DNA of 64,000 bases, from the NCBI GenBank assembly GCA_951406725.2, contig OX597832.1:15314001-15378000 (forward strand), in the 5' to 3' direction. This DNA comes from Octopus vulgaris. Its lineage: Eukaryota. Positions 25,631 to 40,297 of the stretch are shown here, piece after piece (the first letter of the stretch is position 1; each line of letters opens with the position of its first letter). The notes below the pieces were generated by a model. The model was not told the origin of the DNA, searched no databases, and was given only the letters and a program-made list of their open reading frames with translations. The translations under genes and the position numbers were made by a program.

Positions 25631-27895
25631 TAACTTAGAATAACTTAGAAAGGTTTTGGCGAGTATTGGCCCAGGTCATGTCTAACTTAATAGCACCACC
25701 TGGCGAAGTCTTTCAATTCAGGATTTGGGCACCAAGGACCATTCGCGCAGATAGTTATTATTTGCGGAGATATATCCGGGTGTGGGTGGTTTGTCCGGGA
25801 CTCTTTCAAAGAATTTGTCCAAAGACTTCTTGAATATTGCGTGGTAAGTTTCTGTGTTGACGTGTCCTGGTGTAATGTTGAAGAGTGCGGGTCCAATTGT
25901 GGTGAAATAATTGTGCCGTATTGTTGTTATGAGATCCGATTTTGATTTTTGTTTTGGACGGGTGGCACGGGGTCAAGTCTTGGATGTATTTTGAAGGTTA
26001 TATCAACATCATTTGGACAGTGCTGATGGAATATTTTCCACATCATACAGATAACGTAGCGTTCACGGCGTGATTGGCGTGAATACAGTTTCCGCTTTTC
26101 CAGTCGACCCCAGTAGTCGAGGTCTGACATGCCATCTATCTTTTTCGTGATTGACCTTTGGGGAGATTCAACTTTCATAATATTCCGTTTCGTGTAGGGA
26201 GCCCACAGTGGACAGCAGTATTCAAGGTGAGGTCGGGCAAAACTGGAGACGAGAAGGATAATGGTGTGGGAATCTTTCGACAGGAAGGTTCGAGAATCCA
26301 GGAACACATTCTGCGGGCCATGTCAACTTTTCTGCTTATATGTGTAGCCCAGCATATGTTGTTCTCCACAGTTACTCCCAAGTCTCTGATGTTGTTAGAC
26401 GCCATGAGAATTTCACCACAAGGAAGGGAGTATGGGAGTTTCAGAGCGTCCTCTCGTCCAAAGTGGATCAATTCGAATTTGCCTTCGTTTCGCAACATGT
26501 TGTTCTTTTCCGCCCATTGGACAACAGCCAATAGGTCTGAGTGAAAGTTTATCCGGTCATCCACGCCATTGATGACCTTCTGGAGCTTGGAATCATCAGC
26601 GACGATTCTGATGTTACTGTGTTTGATGATGTCAGTGATGTCATTAATATAGATGATGAAGATAAGTGGGCCCAACACAGTGCCTTCTGGGACACCGCTA
26701 CTGACATTGGCTGGCCTGGATTTGACTCCTTCAACTAAAACATGTAGCAGCTTTCCAGTGACACCAATTGTTGGACAGCTTTCTGAAAAGGATCTTATGA
26801 TCAACCCTGTCAAAGGCCTTGCTGAAATCAAGGTAGATAACATTAGTGTTGGAACCCTATCCCAAGGCTCTCAAAATGTCATCGCAGTGATGCAGTAGCT
26901 GCGTCAGGTAATCCCTTCCATTACGGAATCCATGCTGGTTGGAGTTCAGCATATTATGACTCTCAAGGAAGTGAGTCATACGCGATCTCACCACTCTCTC
27001 AAATACCTTAATGATATGAGAGGTGAGTGAAATTGGACGGTAACTCACGGCAAGGGATTTGTTTCCTTTTTTGAAAACTGGGACAACAGACTGGGATAGA
27101 AGGTTTTCTGCTATATATCCAGCATCCAGTGAGTTCCGCTAGAGATTGGCTAGAGGTGCTGCAAGTTGGTGTTGACATATCTGCAAGACACAAGCATGGA
27201 ACCTATCGGGACCTACTGCTGAATTAAGCTTCATTTCCTTTCTTCCTGCTAAGACATCAGGAGCGCCAAAGTTTATGTCCAATTAAGTGTATTGGGGAGT
27301 AACATCACTGATTCAGCCCAGATAAACTATATCAGGATTGCTGAAAACAGAGCAGTATTGTTTCTGTAACATCTCTCCCATGGTTTTGGCATTGTCCTGA
27401 AGAGTACCATTTTCATCAAACAGAGGGCCAACAGTAGAGCCAGTAACTTTGTGTTTTTTTGCAAACGAGAAGAACACTTTGGGATTAAGTTTGATATTCT
27501 CAATGGCCCAGGCCTCTTCAATCTTCTATATATATATATATATATAGTTGTACATATTTCTGCATATTCAGCGATGTTCTGTGTGCTAATATATAAAAAT
27601 GCCCGTAGTTTAGTGTTTAAGGTAATGGAATCAGGGCAGTCATTTCGTTTGTTGATTCCCCACAGCACATTATGTCTATGTAGGAGGCACTTTATTCGAA
27701 GTTGCTCCCGTGATTTCAGCTGTTTTTTGTAATTGAAAGGGCTGGGTTTGTCACTTTCTCTGTCACTTTCAATTTGGTTGTACGCGTGTCTCTGGACATC
27801 TGAATTACTTGCAAGGAATTTTCATGAGCAGACTGTTCCCAGTGGGATTAATGGGATCAATTAGAACCCCTGCCATCGTATCCGATATATTTCAC

Positions 27896-27900
<5 letters not shown>
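25631..27900 (-). mobile_element. 5'-truncated CR1-group (CR1/L2-like) LINE, RT pseudogene
   Basis: YRPISLTSHIIKVFER, QHGFRNGR, SGVPEGTVLGPLIFIIYINDI, VADDSKL, RPHLEYCCPLWAP; frameshifts; 3' tail (TTCTAAGTTA)2 abutting (TA)n. Confidence 0.92.
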
Positions 27901-27928
<28 letters not shown>

Positions 27929-28087
27929 CTTTATTTAGAGCAGCAGAAAATTCAACAACGGGAAACTCAGAATTACAGGTTTTATTGAATTTTTCTGCTG
28001 CTTTAAATAAAGCATATTACTCTACCACTGGTATTTGAGTACTCTTTTTTCCACCTTGTTTCACATTTATGTGTTTACTCCGGTATA
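27929..28087 (+). repeat. TA-embedded fold-back (27929-27958 / 27982-28012) with PLE-like terminus
   Basis: CTTTATTTAGAGCAGCAGAAAATTCAACAA pairs with TTATTGAATTTTTCTGCTGCTTTAAATAAAG; ends TTTACTCCGGTATA. Confidence 0.7.
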
Positions 28088-28088
28088 A

Positions 28089-28179
<91 letters not shown>

Positions 28180-28181
28180 CA

Positions 28182-28228
<47 letters not shown>

Positions 28229-28231
28229 CGT

Positions 28232-28529
28232 TAAGCATAACCCTTTTCAAGCCTAGCCAGGCTCATGGGCCCGGTCTACCCTTTTCTGTGCCGTATGTGT
28301 TCCCCCTAGTTGGACGGGACTCCCGTCAATCGGAGCGTTACTCAAGAAACAGGAAGAGTGAGTAAGGGAAAGGAGAGGCGAAAGAGTACAACAGGGATCG
28401 CCACCACCACCTGCCGGAACGTCGTGGAGCTTTTAGGTGTTTTCGATCAATAAACACACACAACTCCCAGTCTAGGAATCGCAACCGTGATCCTTCGACC
28501 GCAACCCCGCTGCCCTCACCACTGAGCCA
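28232..28529 (-). mobile_element. SINE with family-B head and V-domain-like body
   Basis: Head matches 19763; body TTGGACGGGACTCCCGTCAATCG resembles the V-SINE core and differs from the 19763 tail. Confidence 0.75.
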
Positions 28530-28606
<77 letters not shown>

Positions 28607-28767
28607 CATAATTTGAAATAATTCGAATATTTTGCAATCTCTATATGGTAGTGCATTAAAAGGAAAGTGATACTAATATTTCTTCCTTTAAGTAAGGTCA
28701 CTATTAATGGGTCATCTAATGAATATTTTATCTATCATGACTTTTGGCAAAGCGCTGCAATTGATCA

Positions 28768-28991
28768 CTCTTTACTCTCTCTTTTACTCTTTTACTTGTT
28801 TCAGTCATTTGACTGCGGCCATGCTGGAGCACCGCCTTTAGTCGATCATATCGACCCCGGAACTTATTCTTTGTAAGCCCAGTACTTATTCTATCGGTCT
28901 CATTTGCCGAACCGCTAAGTGGCGGGGACGTAGACACACCAGCATCGGTTGTCAAGCAATGCTAGGGGTACAAACACAGACACACAAACAT

Positions 28992-29024
<33 letters not shown>

Positions 29025-29194
29025 CATATATACGACAGGCTTCTTTCAGTTTCCGTCTACCAAATCCACTCACAAGGCATTGGTCGGCCCGGGGCTATAG
29101 TAGAAGACACTTGCCCAAGATGCCACGCAGTGGGACTGAACCCGCAACCATGTGGTTGGTTAGCAAGCTACTTACCACACAGCCACTCCTGCGC
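28768..29194 (-). mobile_element. SINE family A, full length, well preserved
   Basis: Reverse complement GGCGCAGGAGTGGCTGTGTGGTAAGTAGC...GGTTCAGTCCCACTGCG...CAGTCAAATGACTGAAACAAGTAAAAGAG. Confidence 0.9.
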
Positions 29195-30238
29195 CGATCA
29201 GATGCAAAAAAAAAAAATTAATTCCTCTGAGGAGGCACGAGTAACCGCATAAAAATATTCATGTAAATTATTGGAAACTGAACTGAACACCAAACAGAAT
29301 GTCATATATTTCTCTTTCTGGAGATTTGTAAGCAGAAGCTACCTAAGTTTGTGATTTTTTTTTTGTTACACCCCCTGTTAAATTTAATGCGCTCTGTTGT
29401 CTAGATTTTGTTATTGCGAAATTTCAGAAATTCGTCGAATAACTACAGGATATCTGAAATGAATATCTGCCAATGAATGTTATATAAATTTTAAGAAATG
29501 CAATTACATTTCAGGGATACAAAGAAAATATAAAATTATTCGTAGCTACAATATAACACATATAAACAAAACATTTTCAAGGATAATTCTCCTGCAGCTT
29601 TAAATTAGTTCGCTTTGATGTCCTTAATGTCACGAAAGGGAAATAACACGTATCTATGTTGTGATATTCCATGAGAAGTTGCAATTCATTCCTAAATAAA
29701 TGACTTGAATATTCTTATATAAAGGAATGCTCGGTATTTTTTCCCTAGATATACTGTTGTATTTCCAAATTACTATTGACGTTAGAGAAAATGAAACAAA
29801 GAATATTAACACGCTAAATAATATTTCTAATTTCCTGTAGATTACATACAATTTATTTTTAAACTTCAACGAAAAGATATGAATGCATTGATGTTTATTG
29901 ATAGATATATACTCATGATATTTCTTTTCATATTATCTCAGAAAATTTGATGTTTTAATAGAAATAACTCTTATATGCTGCAAAAACATAATAATACATA
30001 AATAGCAAAGAGTTTTTAATAATTCTGTAACAGTTACAGATATATTTAAACGCACGTGCGCTCATTCACATATGGCGCTATGTGTTTACATAGATATATA
30101 CCTACATACAAGACTATATGCATCTCGGCAAAAAAGCAATTAACCTGTGTTTGAATGCGTTTTAGAAAGCCTCTATAACACTCACATTTGTGTGCTATTC
30201 TGTATTTCTCTCTAAATGAGATTATTTTCCTATATGTA

Positions 30239-30289
<51 letters not shown>

Positions 30290-30317
30290 TATATATGTGT
30301 GAGTATATTTCTATATA

Positions 30318-30442
<125 letters not shown>

Positions 30443-31120
30443 TATGTATATGCTTATGTAATTATATTCTTAGGTAACTTTCCATTCCTTGATTCAAATA
30501 TTGCGTATGTACGTAGAATAGCATCTCACATAAATAAATATATTACATGAATACGTACTCCATGCCGGTCATTAAACATATTTCCAAATGCTCTAATATT
30601 TCACTTTCTCAATAAGAAGCCAATATTTGAAGCGTTTCGCGTAATATCTAATGGCGAAATCTAAACACCCGGACCTAAGTAGTTGTTTCATGTAAAAGCT
30701 GTTCAGAAATCTTGAAACGGTTTCTTAATGAAATAGGTAATTTGATATGAAATCAGACCTTTGATGTATTTATCTAAGAGTCCATTTTGTACAATGTATT
30801 TCAATGTTTACTTAATGTAACATACTTTTGCTCTGCTCTTTAGTTATGTGGCAGCCGATTTCAAACATTTGTTAACAAAGCTGAAATCGATATGGAATTC
30901 GGTTCAATACACATATAATCAAATGAATATATTCAATATATTTAGTATGCTACAGAATAATATATCACACTGACCAGTTATTTGTTTTGATGTATATTAA
31001 AGCAAACTCAATCGAAATTAATCAAATGACTGTTTCTTTTGTTGTTGTTACATGTTTCACTTGTTGCTCTCTTGATGTGCATGATATAATATGGAAAATT
31101 ATATCCAAGAGTGGTAATCA

Positions 31121-31191
<71 letters not shown>

Positions 31192-31479
31192 TATATGTGT
31201 GTGTGTTTGTATTGTAGATATTACTATTGCTGCTTTTACTGAAACCTTGATTTGATCTGTTCACATCTGTCATGGTAATAATCAAATATATTCGAAATAT
31301 GACTAATTCAGCTTTTTGTTCCAACATGGCGCATATGTAAGTTTATATCATGCTACTGTAATTTTTTTCTAATAGGTATGAAGAATATTGTTTACCAATA
31401 GCAATATATAGAAATCTCGGTTGCATAATATTCGTAATTTTTTCACCAGAACACCTCAAATAAAGCATAATGCCAAAAC

Positions 31480-31567
31480 AGATAACCCACAACACAGTCC
31501 GGGAATCGAACTCACTATCTGATAATTGTGAGCCCGATTCTCTAACCTCTGAACCATGCACCTTCAC
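31480..31567 (-). mobile_element. SINE family D tRNA head (decayed)
   Basis: GGGAATCGAACTCAC...CTAACC...CCATGCACCTTCAC matches 46170-46235. Confidence 0.65.
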
Positions 31568-33603
31568 CAAATATGTAGCGTAAATATATGCATGTATTTG
31601 CCGCATAATTTTCATAATGCCGTATCCCAAATCTAAGACGAAATACTAATTATCATACGATTATCATAGGATAATCTGTGAAATTTCACCTATTTACATG
31701 CGCATCGTTATCAATGGAGTTGAAAGAATTTCAATGTACGAGTAATTTTAGTGATCTCTCATGCCTTATGCGTCCATTCAACTTTATCTCAAAGTAAAAT
31801 TTGTCTAATGTACCATTTAAGTGCATCCTAACGCAAAAGATCTCTCATATCCAAATTATTAAACGAGATGGAAGTGTTCACCTTATAAGCAGCAGTAATA
31901 AAATGTATTTTATAGGGACCAGGAGACAGATCTGCGTGTCATATCATGATTACAAATAGCACTGGAATTATGCTTTGCTTCACGGTAAATATTTCTACAT
32001 TCCGGTTGTGTTTCACATAATCAGCGAAGTGTATATATGTGAATCTTCTGTCAATAGCACAGATCGACAGAATTTATTTTGAATAGAGATGTGTATAAAG
32101 TTTAAGATTTGGCCTCTATAGAATTGAACAACCCCAGTACTCATTTTGCATTTTATTATCGTAGGAATAACTATCCTGATTCCTGGCCGAAATCTTACTG
32201 CAAGTAAACTATATATGTAGAAAATAAGTAATTGTAATAATTTTGTGTAAGATATGCAAGAGAAGTGTGATATCAAGACATTTAATGAAGGAAAATGGTT
32301 GTTTTGTAAAAAAATCAATATGGAATATAAACAGTGATCGTGAGATGATTGATGAAATTGAGTAGTATTTTTGGATTCAACTCGGAAATGAGCTTCACAA
32401 ACATTTACCTATTCGACAGAAAGTTTTCCGTCCCGAAATTCTGTAGACAGGCGTATCTGTATACATAGGCCAACATATTAAAATTTGTTGTTGTTCGTTA
32501 GTATCGGAGCCGAAGTTTATCGAATTATGATGAAATCGAAACTTAGTGTACGTTTTATTGTCGTATAAAGTTTAGTTTGTACTCCTAAGTTTGAAAAAGA
32601 GTAATTGTGATTAGAGGTGAGGGGTTACTGCAGCCTTATTACATACTATAAATATTTTCTATTACTGACGTTACACGTATAGATAGAAAATATAGCGATT
32701 TTTTCTCCTTATTCCAGGTATAAATGATTTCAGGACGTTATTAAAACTTTAAATCCCAAATAAACTGTTAGAGAGAGACATTTATACATGTATTGATGTG
32801 TGGAGGCATGCATGAATGTTTGTATGTATTTATTTGCCTGTGTGTAATTGGAAGATCCGCGGATATAAGTGGAGGACGTTTGTAAGCTTTGATCACATCA
32901 TGGTGTGTATAAAAAAAACAACGTGAAAGAACAATAATTATGTATTTGTGTCAACATGGCAGGCTTTTCCCATATTGATGTTCGAGACGCTAGGAATGCG
33001 AATAAAATCCAAATTCATGGAGTGCAACAGTCCAAATTCAAGCTACACATATTCACTAGTAAACAGTTTTTCTTATGTAATAGGTGTAATGAACTAGCTG
33101 TTTATCAGAACGAAGATACCTTACTTATATGAAAGTATTTACCGTTGACATAGTAAAGTCACCTGAACCTGATACTCCCTATGACATTTCCCATTGAAGC
33201 CTGCAAACACCTGCCGTAAACCTTCTCTTTCTTACCCCTCCCCTTCTTTATTGTTCACAATTTTACGCGATTCACAACCCCAAAATATTCAACATCTTCC
33301 TACGTTTGCTTAATTCCTTTCCATTTCATTTCTTCAAGTATTTATTGTTTTGGTTATTTTCTTTTGTATTTCTAGTCTGTTTCACATCATATCTTCGGTG
33401 ACTTAAAAATGGAGATTCCTAGACGACAATGTAATTAAAGTATATAATTAAAGTATCTTCGACCTGGTGAGTAGCTACGTCATTATTACATCCGAGACTC
33501 TGCTAATTAATGTAGCGTGAATTGTAACTGTTTCATTTCTTCAATTTGGCTTTATCTTTGTGCGTGCGTGCATCATTGTGCGTGTGTATGAACATACATA
33601 TTT

Positions 33604-33717
<114 letters not shown>

Positions 33718-33718
33718 G

Positions 33719-33941
33719 AGGCGAGTTGGCAGAAATTTAGCACGCCGGGCGAAATGCGTAGCCGTATTTTGTCTGCCATCACGTTCTGAGTTCAAATACC
33801 GCCGAGGTCGACTTTGCCTTTCATTCTTTCGAGGTCGATAAATTAAGTACCAGTTACGCACTGGTGTCGATGCAATTGACTTAATCCGTTTGTTTGCCCT
33901 TGTTTTACCCCTCTATGTTTAGCCCCTTGTGGGTAATACAG

Positions 33942-33945
<4 letters not shown>
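33719..33945 (+). mobile_element. SINE family C with Meta-domain-like core
   Basis: GAGTTCAAATACC B-box; GCCTTTCATTCTTTCGAGGTCGATAAATTAAGTACCAG. Confidence 0.88.
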
Positions 33946-33982
<37 letters not shown>

Positions 33983-33999
33983 TAAGTATTTATGCATGC

Positions 34000-34040
<41 letters not shown>

Positions 34041-36347
34041 TATGTATATCTCTCTATCTATCGATATATATATATGGGGGGTATGTATGTGCATGTATAT
34101 TCTAGTTCAGTACATGTTCTTTATTGCAGGTATATAAGTAGTTCTCGACAAAAGTTGAAATAGTTATATCCGACAGCCACAAAGGAGAACTTCGATTAGG
34201 ATGACAACAACATTGACACCAACAAGTTCAATGTGCATATGATGTTGATTAATGAAGAGAAAGTTGACATCGAAACATGCCACATAGTGAGACGTATACA
34301 TAAAGCATAAATGACACGAGTAATTGATTCGAGTGTACGCATGACTCAGAGTAAGTGAGACTGCACAAAGTCACGAGAGGAATTTGGATATAAACATAAA
34401 TTTGTAGTTCACATTAATCCCAGGAAGAGAAAAGCAGTAATCTGCTGAAAATGTCTAACATCTGTGTACACAAACATCTACCTTTTAAACGGAAGCCCAG
34501 TCCATACAATGGCAACACAAGATACTAGAGTATCATATGCGAGGGATAAGCATAGAATACAGAATAATTATATAGCGAGTGGGTACGCAGTTCCCTTAGT
34601 TTTTTGGAATGCGACTACTCAGCCCAATGCTAAACATTTTTCTTGAAGAAAATAAAAGTTTATATGAGGCAGACGAGGTGGATATGATCACATGGATTTC
34701 TTTCCAAAGCGGTCCAGAGTTTGTTTTAACTATGACATACATGCATCACTTTCAATGAAATCCACGTGGAATTTCTAAAGTAATTAAACATTATGTCCAA
34801 ATGTAGTCGCCTATTGTATTAAAAATATTATTACATCCACTTTTTTCAATTAATCTCGATACTATACATTTATGATTATATCCAAACACATGCCTATGTA
34901 AACATACACACACGGGCGCACACTCACACACGCACATGTGTGCGTATACATAGGTCTATATATCTATTTATATATTTATCTGTCTATCTCTCTAACTGAT
35001 GGCTAACTCACACATGTATCTCGGAGCTATTCTGGGCCGTATCATTTGCACTTTGCTCATTCGTGGATTTCTGAGTATTTGCTAGTGAGAGTCGTTGTTG
35101 TATTGTACATGCTATATTCAACAGAAAACATTTGCACGGGCATTGCTAACGCTACCATGTATTCATCTAACTTAACGATTTTAACTTTATGAGAGTGAGT
35201 GCAATTATATATGTCATATCAGACAACGGATGTGAACTGTGCGACTTGTATTTGTTCATAAAAACATTAGATATCGCTATTTCTGATTCACGTATGTTTC
35301 TTTTTCCTTCATAGATGATTATATTTGAATGAGTAACGCACAGGATAATAATCACAATTTTCGTAACGTCTAAATGGACGCATTTTATTCGGTATTTTGA
35401 AACAATATGCAACGTACGTTATAGAACAATCTTCATTACACGTTCGCCAACGAAATCACCACGTAATTTGGTACCAATGAAAGGCTCAAGTCTCTCACAT
35501 AATATCTTACTGTTTAAGCACAGTGATGCATTCATCGAAGCGTGCACCACTTCATATAATTACTGATTTCTGATATTTTTATTTTTAGTAAATTAGCGAT
35601 TCTAATTAGGTTATTACAATAAAAAGTAACTGAACTATTGAACACATTAGCACAATATATGGGCAGTAAGCCTTCCTGTTGATTTCCTTTGTTTTGCTGT
35701 AGTTAGTATCTCCTAATTCTTTTCTTTTTTATTCTATCTATTTTTTAAAATCATATTCCAGAAAAAAAAGTAATTAAAAACTGAGAGCTAATTTCCATTA
35801 TTGAAACATCGGAGCATATCTTTCAATAATGGTTTCATACTCAAACAAATTTTTTAAAAATAGGAAAAACAACAACATTTTATCTGAAAACATTTAATAT
35901 TTAATTATCCAAGAATGCAAATATGAGTAAATTTACATTTTGAGAATCAACTGTAATAAATGATGATGAAACCTAGTGAACACTTGTATGAAATTTAAAA
36001 CAATTAAAAAATGAAAATACTACAGATATTGAACGAAAATATTTTTCAAGTTATTAATTTTGAGAACAATTTTAACTATGAAAAGAAACATACCACACAT
36101 TTTAACCGAGTATATTTTGTATTTTTTGCAATGGAAACACTAATTTACTGGCAAAACAAAGGATATAGAGAGTAAAACCAAGAGCATTTTTCTGCAATGG
36201 TGAGTATTTAATGAGCAAAATATACAAATATATTTATGAAATATTTTCAGTATTAATATTGTCGAAACTTCTTTATATCTCAAGCAGTATAGTTATAGTA
36301 GAATACAAACGAACACTCACCAACATATAGCTTTATGCGTTTGTGAG

Positions 36348-36399
<52 letters not shown>

Positions 36400-36639
36400 C
36401 ATACATACATACATACATATATTTATTCATATACACGCATACATATATACATACGCATATATATAAGTATATGTTTATATGTGCGCGTGTGTGCGTGTGT
36501 TTTAATATTTAGGAAGGCTTCTATTTCAACATTAATCTATTCATGTGATGAAACAATAACGGCACATATTATATATAAAATGCCATAATAAAATGTTTTA
36601 TTTAGATTGGTTGAGGCTCTCCAGTTCATCCCCTTCTAA

Positions 36640-36872
36640 ACACGGTTACAGAGCGTGCTTATCGACGTAAACATTGGCAGAAACATACCTTTAGTTCATA
36701 TACGTTCATTCTGTTAAAGTGTCTTATTGATGAATTTGATTTATTTCTTTCATTCCCTGATGAGAAGATTACATAATTTACACCTTTTTATTCCTTTGGA
36801 AAAATACTAATGTTGTCTTCGAAACATGTATCGGAAGTAAAAGAACTTGAATAATACCTGCGTTTAACTCCA
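36640..36872 (+). mobile_element. PLE 3' end/pseudo-LTR fragment (same family as 41259-41639)
   Basis: ACGGTTACAGAGCG..CATTGGCAGAAACATAC and CCTGCGTTTAACTCCAT-(TA)n are shared with 41260 and 41620. Confidence 0.8.
36753..36836 (+). ncRNA. Type I hammerhead ribozyme motif
   Basis: TTCC-CTGATGA-GAAGAT...TGTCTTC-GAAAC-ATGT-ATC^GGAA; stem III carries a G>A change. Confidence 0.7.
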
Positions 36873-37443
36873 TGTATATATATATATACATATCAAAGCG
36901 CGAAGAATAAAGAATAAATTAGGCAGAACGCATTCAGTTAAAGAGAATTTCTCCTACAAACGGTACAATGGATTTATCTTCAGCTATTCAGTCTTGTGTC
37001 ATTCAGTGTAAATCAAGAAGAAATACAAAAAGCAAAAACACATAAGAGCACAAAAAGCGATTTGAAAATGTTAAAGACACCCGAAAAATTACAAGACTAA
37101 GAAAGTGTTTTTTACACCCCAGAACTTTTCTTTTTTCTCGAACGTGTTTTTCTTGTCTTCATTTGCACAGAAATGGATTTTGTCGTGAAAGCTGCAGAAA
37201 TATCTTTTGTTGCGTAACTGTTTTGCACTAATGAAATTATTGGCAAAATTTGATATTGCAATCTCGGTTTCCTGTTGCCTAATGTAAAATTATTTACGCA
37301 CAAACTTACTCATCACACATGTCTTCAAATTTTACCTTTTGTTGGACAGCACTCCAGTTCAGTAGACAAGAGCTCTCTCCCTGTATATATATATGTGTGT
37401 ATGAGAGTGAGTGTGTCTGTGTGTTTGTATATATGTATATATG

Positions 37444-37498
<55 letters not shown>

Positions 37499-38355
37499 GG
37501 GTATATATATATATATATGTATATAGTTATAAATATACATTCATATATCGTTATAGATACTTAATTATATATACTGGAATATACATATACATCCATATCC
37601 ATGTGTACATATATAATATTCATTTATTATTAATATTAATATATGTATATATATATATATAGGAAAAGTATCCTAATGATATTAATAATATTAATAAGAA
37701 CGTAGTAGTGAACACTTGTAATACGGATAAAATAAACTTTGATAAAACTAATAAACATGTAAATAGGAACATTAATGAATACAAAGAATCTGATGATAGT
37801 AGGAACAATTCTAACAACCCTAACTCTAGTGGGAACAATTCTAACAGCCGTAACTCTAATTCTAAGAAATTTAATAAGAAAGACATAATATGGCTAAACA
37901 TCCCTTTAAACTGTGTGGTTTTATCAGATATTCAGAGTAGATTCAAAACAATTCTTGAAAAAAATTTCCCATCCTCTCATAGATATCATAAAATTATTTC
38001 TAAAAAAACAGTCAGAATTTCTTATTCAACCCTCCCAAATATGTCCACTTTAATAGACAAGATCAATAATAATAACATAAAACTAGCCAGAAAAAATTTA
38101 AACAATAACAATAAAAATACAATTGAAAATTGTAATAACATTACTGAAAGTAATAATTGCAACAATGATAATAAGGAATGTCATATAATAAATATAACCA
38201 ATAGCTATAGAATTGCTAACAATAATAATTACATAAATAGGAATGATTATGTTAATAATAAGAATAATACCAGGAATGTAAGTACAGTGAATGAGGACAG
38301 CAATGTTATCTGCAATAACACTACACATTTAGAAAACAATGCCGACAACAATACT

Positions 38356-38607
38356 AACAGCATCAACAATATTAATAATGATAGTAGTGTTATAGAACCA
38401 AATGATAGTGTAGGAATACCGATAAATGATAATACCACTTTACATAATAACATTAACTACAATAACGATAACATTATTTTAGATAACAGCATCAACAATA
38501 TTAATAATGAAAGTAGGGAACCAAATGAAAATGTAAGAATACCAATAAATGATAATACTATTTTAGATAATAATATTAACTACATTAATGATAACTTTAT
38601 TTTAGAT
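38356..38607 (+). repeat. In-frame tandem duplication (129 + 123 nt) in the PLE linker
   Basis: NSINNINN..EPN..V.IPINDNT.L.NNINY.NDN.ILD occurs twice. Confidence 0.9.
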
Positions 38608-40063
38608 AGCAGCAATAACCAAAATCATGAAAATATACCCGCACTGTTTCGAGCAACAGTAGTATGAGACTTCTATCTTCAAATTATTCTACTTCAAATT
38701 ATAATTCCCCTGAATGTAACTGCAGAATTAAAAAAAACAAAATGCTCGCCACCTGGTTTATGCGGGTTAAATAACATAATCTACAAATGCTCCATAACCA
38801 CAGATAATAACAAATTCACTTATGTAGGATGTTCCGTAAATTTTAAGAAAAGATTTAGCAATCATCTATCCTCCTTCAGATTACGTCATAAAGCTGATAG
38901 CACCACTCTTTGTAGTAAGATTTGGGAACTAAAAAACAATAATATCAAATATAACCTTAATTGGGAATTAGTTAGAAGGACGATACCGTATAAAAATAGC
39001 AGAGTAGGTTGTCAACTTTGCTCCATGGAAACATTTGAAATACTAATGTATAGAAAAATAAGGAAATTTCATTGAAAAGCAGGATTGAATTAGGAAAATC
39101 TTGTATACACGCTCGAACTAAGACTCTTAAATATTTTAAATGATGTTTTAATTGATAACAGTATATATTAAAATCACTTTGAATTAAACTTTACTCCTAC
39201 ATATTATAGTATATTATATATTTAATTAGACATATACGATCTAACTACCTATGATTATATTCTCTCTCTAACTGTACTATTTGATACTTGTTGATTTAAG
39301 TTATTTGATTTATTTCTATTAGACTGTGTAGATAATTTAAATTTTTCTCTATTTTTATCTCTATTTCGTAGTCTTTTTCACTTTAACCTACTTATAGGAA
39401 ATTAGTTAGTTAAACTTCTTAGTTTCTTTTACACTAATAATTAATTAATTCTGCTAATCCCAAACATATTATAATATAATATAATATAATATAATATAAT
39501 TGTATAGTTTCATTAGAAAATAACTCCTTTTTTCTTTTTTTCTTTTCTTTTCCTCTGACCTCTCATTGTAACCTAACAATCTATTAATAGTAACATTAAT
39601 AAATAAAGAAATAAATGAAATGACCTCAGTTCGAAGTTTGCACCAAATAAGCTTAGATGTTTTCTTAGAGTAACAACTTGTGTCCCTCCCTTTTAGCTTC
39701 CCGTTCCCTTCTTTTTTTATAGCAATTAATAGCAGTAACTGGTAAAATTCTACTTCCTTCCACTTCTTTGTGATTCTTGTAAATTTCAATAACAATGTGT
39801 ACCTCTACACGAAAAGACTGTCACTTTGCTTCTTACTCGGATTATAACACAGCAGCTCTCAGAAATTTCGCACGATTGTATCCAAGATTTCTTCACATAG
39901 CTTCATTAACAATTCACTATGAACTATATATGGACAAGCACATATTCTGTAAGTTCAAGACCTTTCATCGGATCTCCAGGAATCGAACTTTCTTCAATGC
40001 AGTTAAACTCACACCCTCATTTGTATCTACCCCTTTTGATGTTTGGGAACCTCTGATGTTTTT

Positions 40064-40150
40064 TTTCGACTGATGAGTACGAGCCACCTATATTTACTGC
40101 GATTTTTGTAGCTTATTAAAGATGTCCTCGTACGAAAAATTGTACCGATA
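40064..40150 (+). ncRNA. Type I hammerhead ribozyme motif (partly decayed)
   Basis: CTGATGA-GTACGAG...CTCGTAC-GAAA-AATT-GTA; perfect 7-bp stem II; stem III lacks its C and stem I is eroded. Confidence 0.65.
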
Positions 40151-40297
40151 TTTTGATCCATTCTTGTTGTTTTTTTTCCTATTTGTAATCACCCCAATTG
40201 TCGTATGGATAACACCATATAGATTTCCGGTGCATCCTAGTTAAGGACCATATTCATGTGAATTCATTAGAACACACTTGAATCTCAATTACTTAAA

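Noticed and set aside
34560-34660. LLSPMLNIFLEE, RTE-like RT remnant
   Set aside because: Single short motif, insufficient to call an element
35795-35832. 12-bp hairpin (also 21560-21588 and 1922-1942)
   Set aside because: Short AT-rich inverted repeats expected by chance; too short for pre-miRNA
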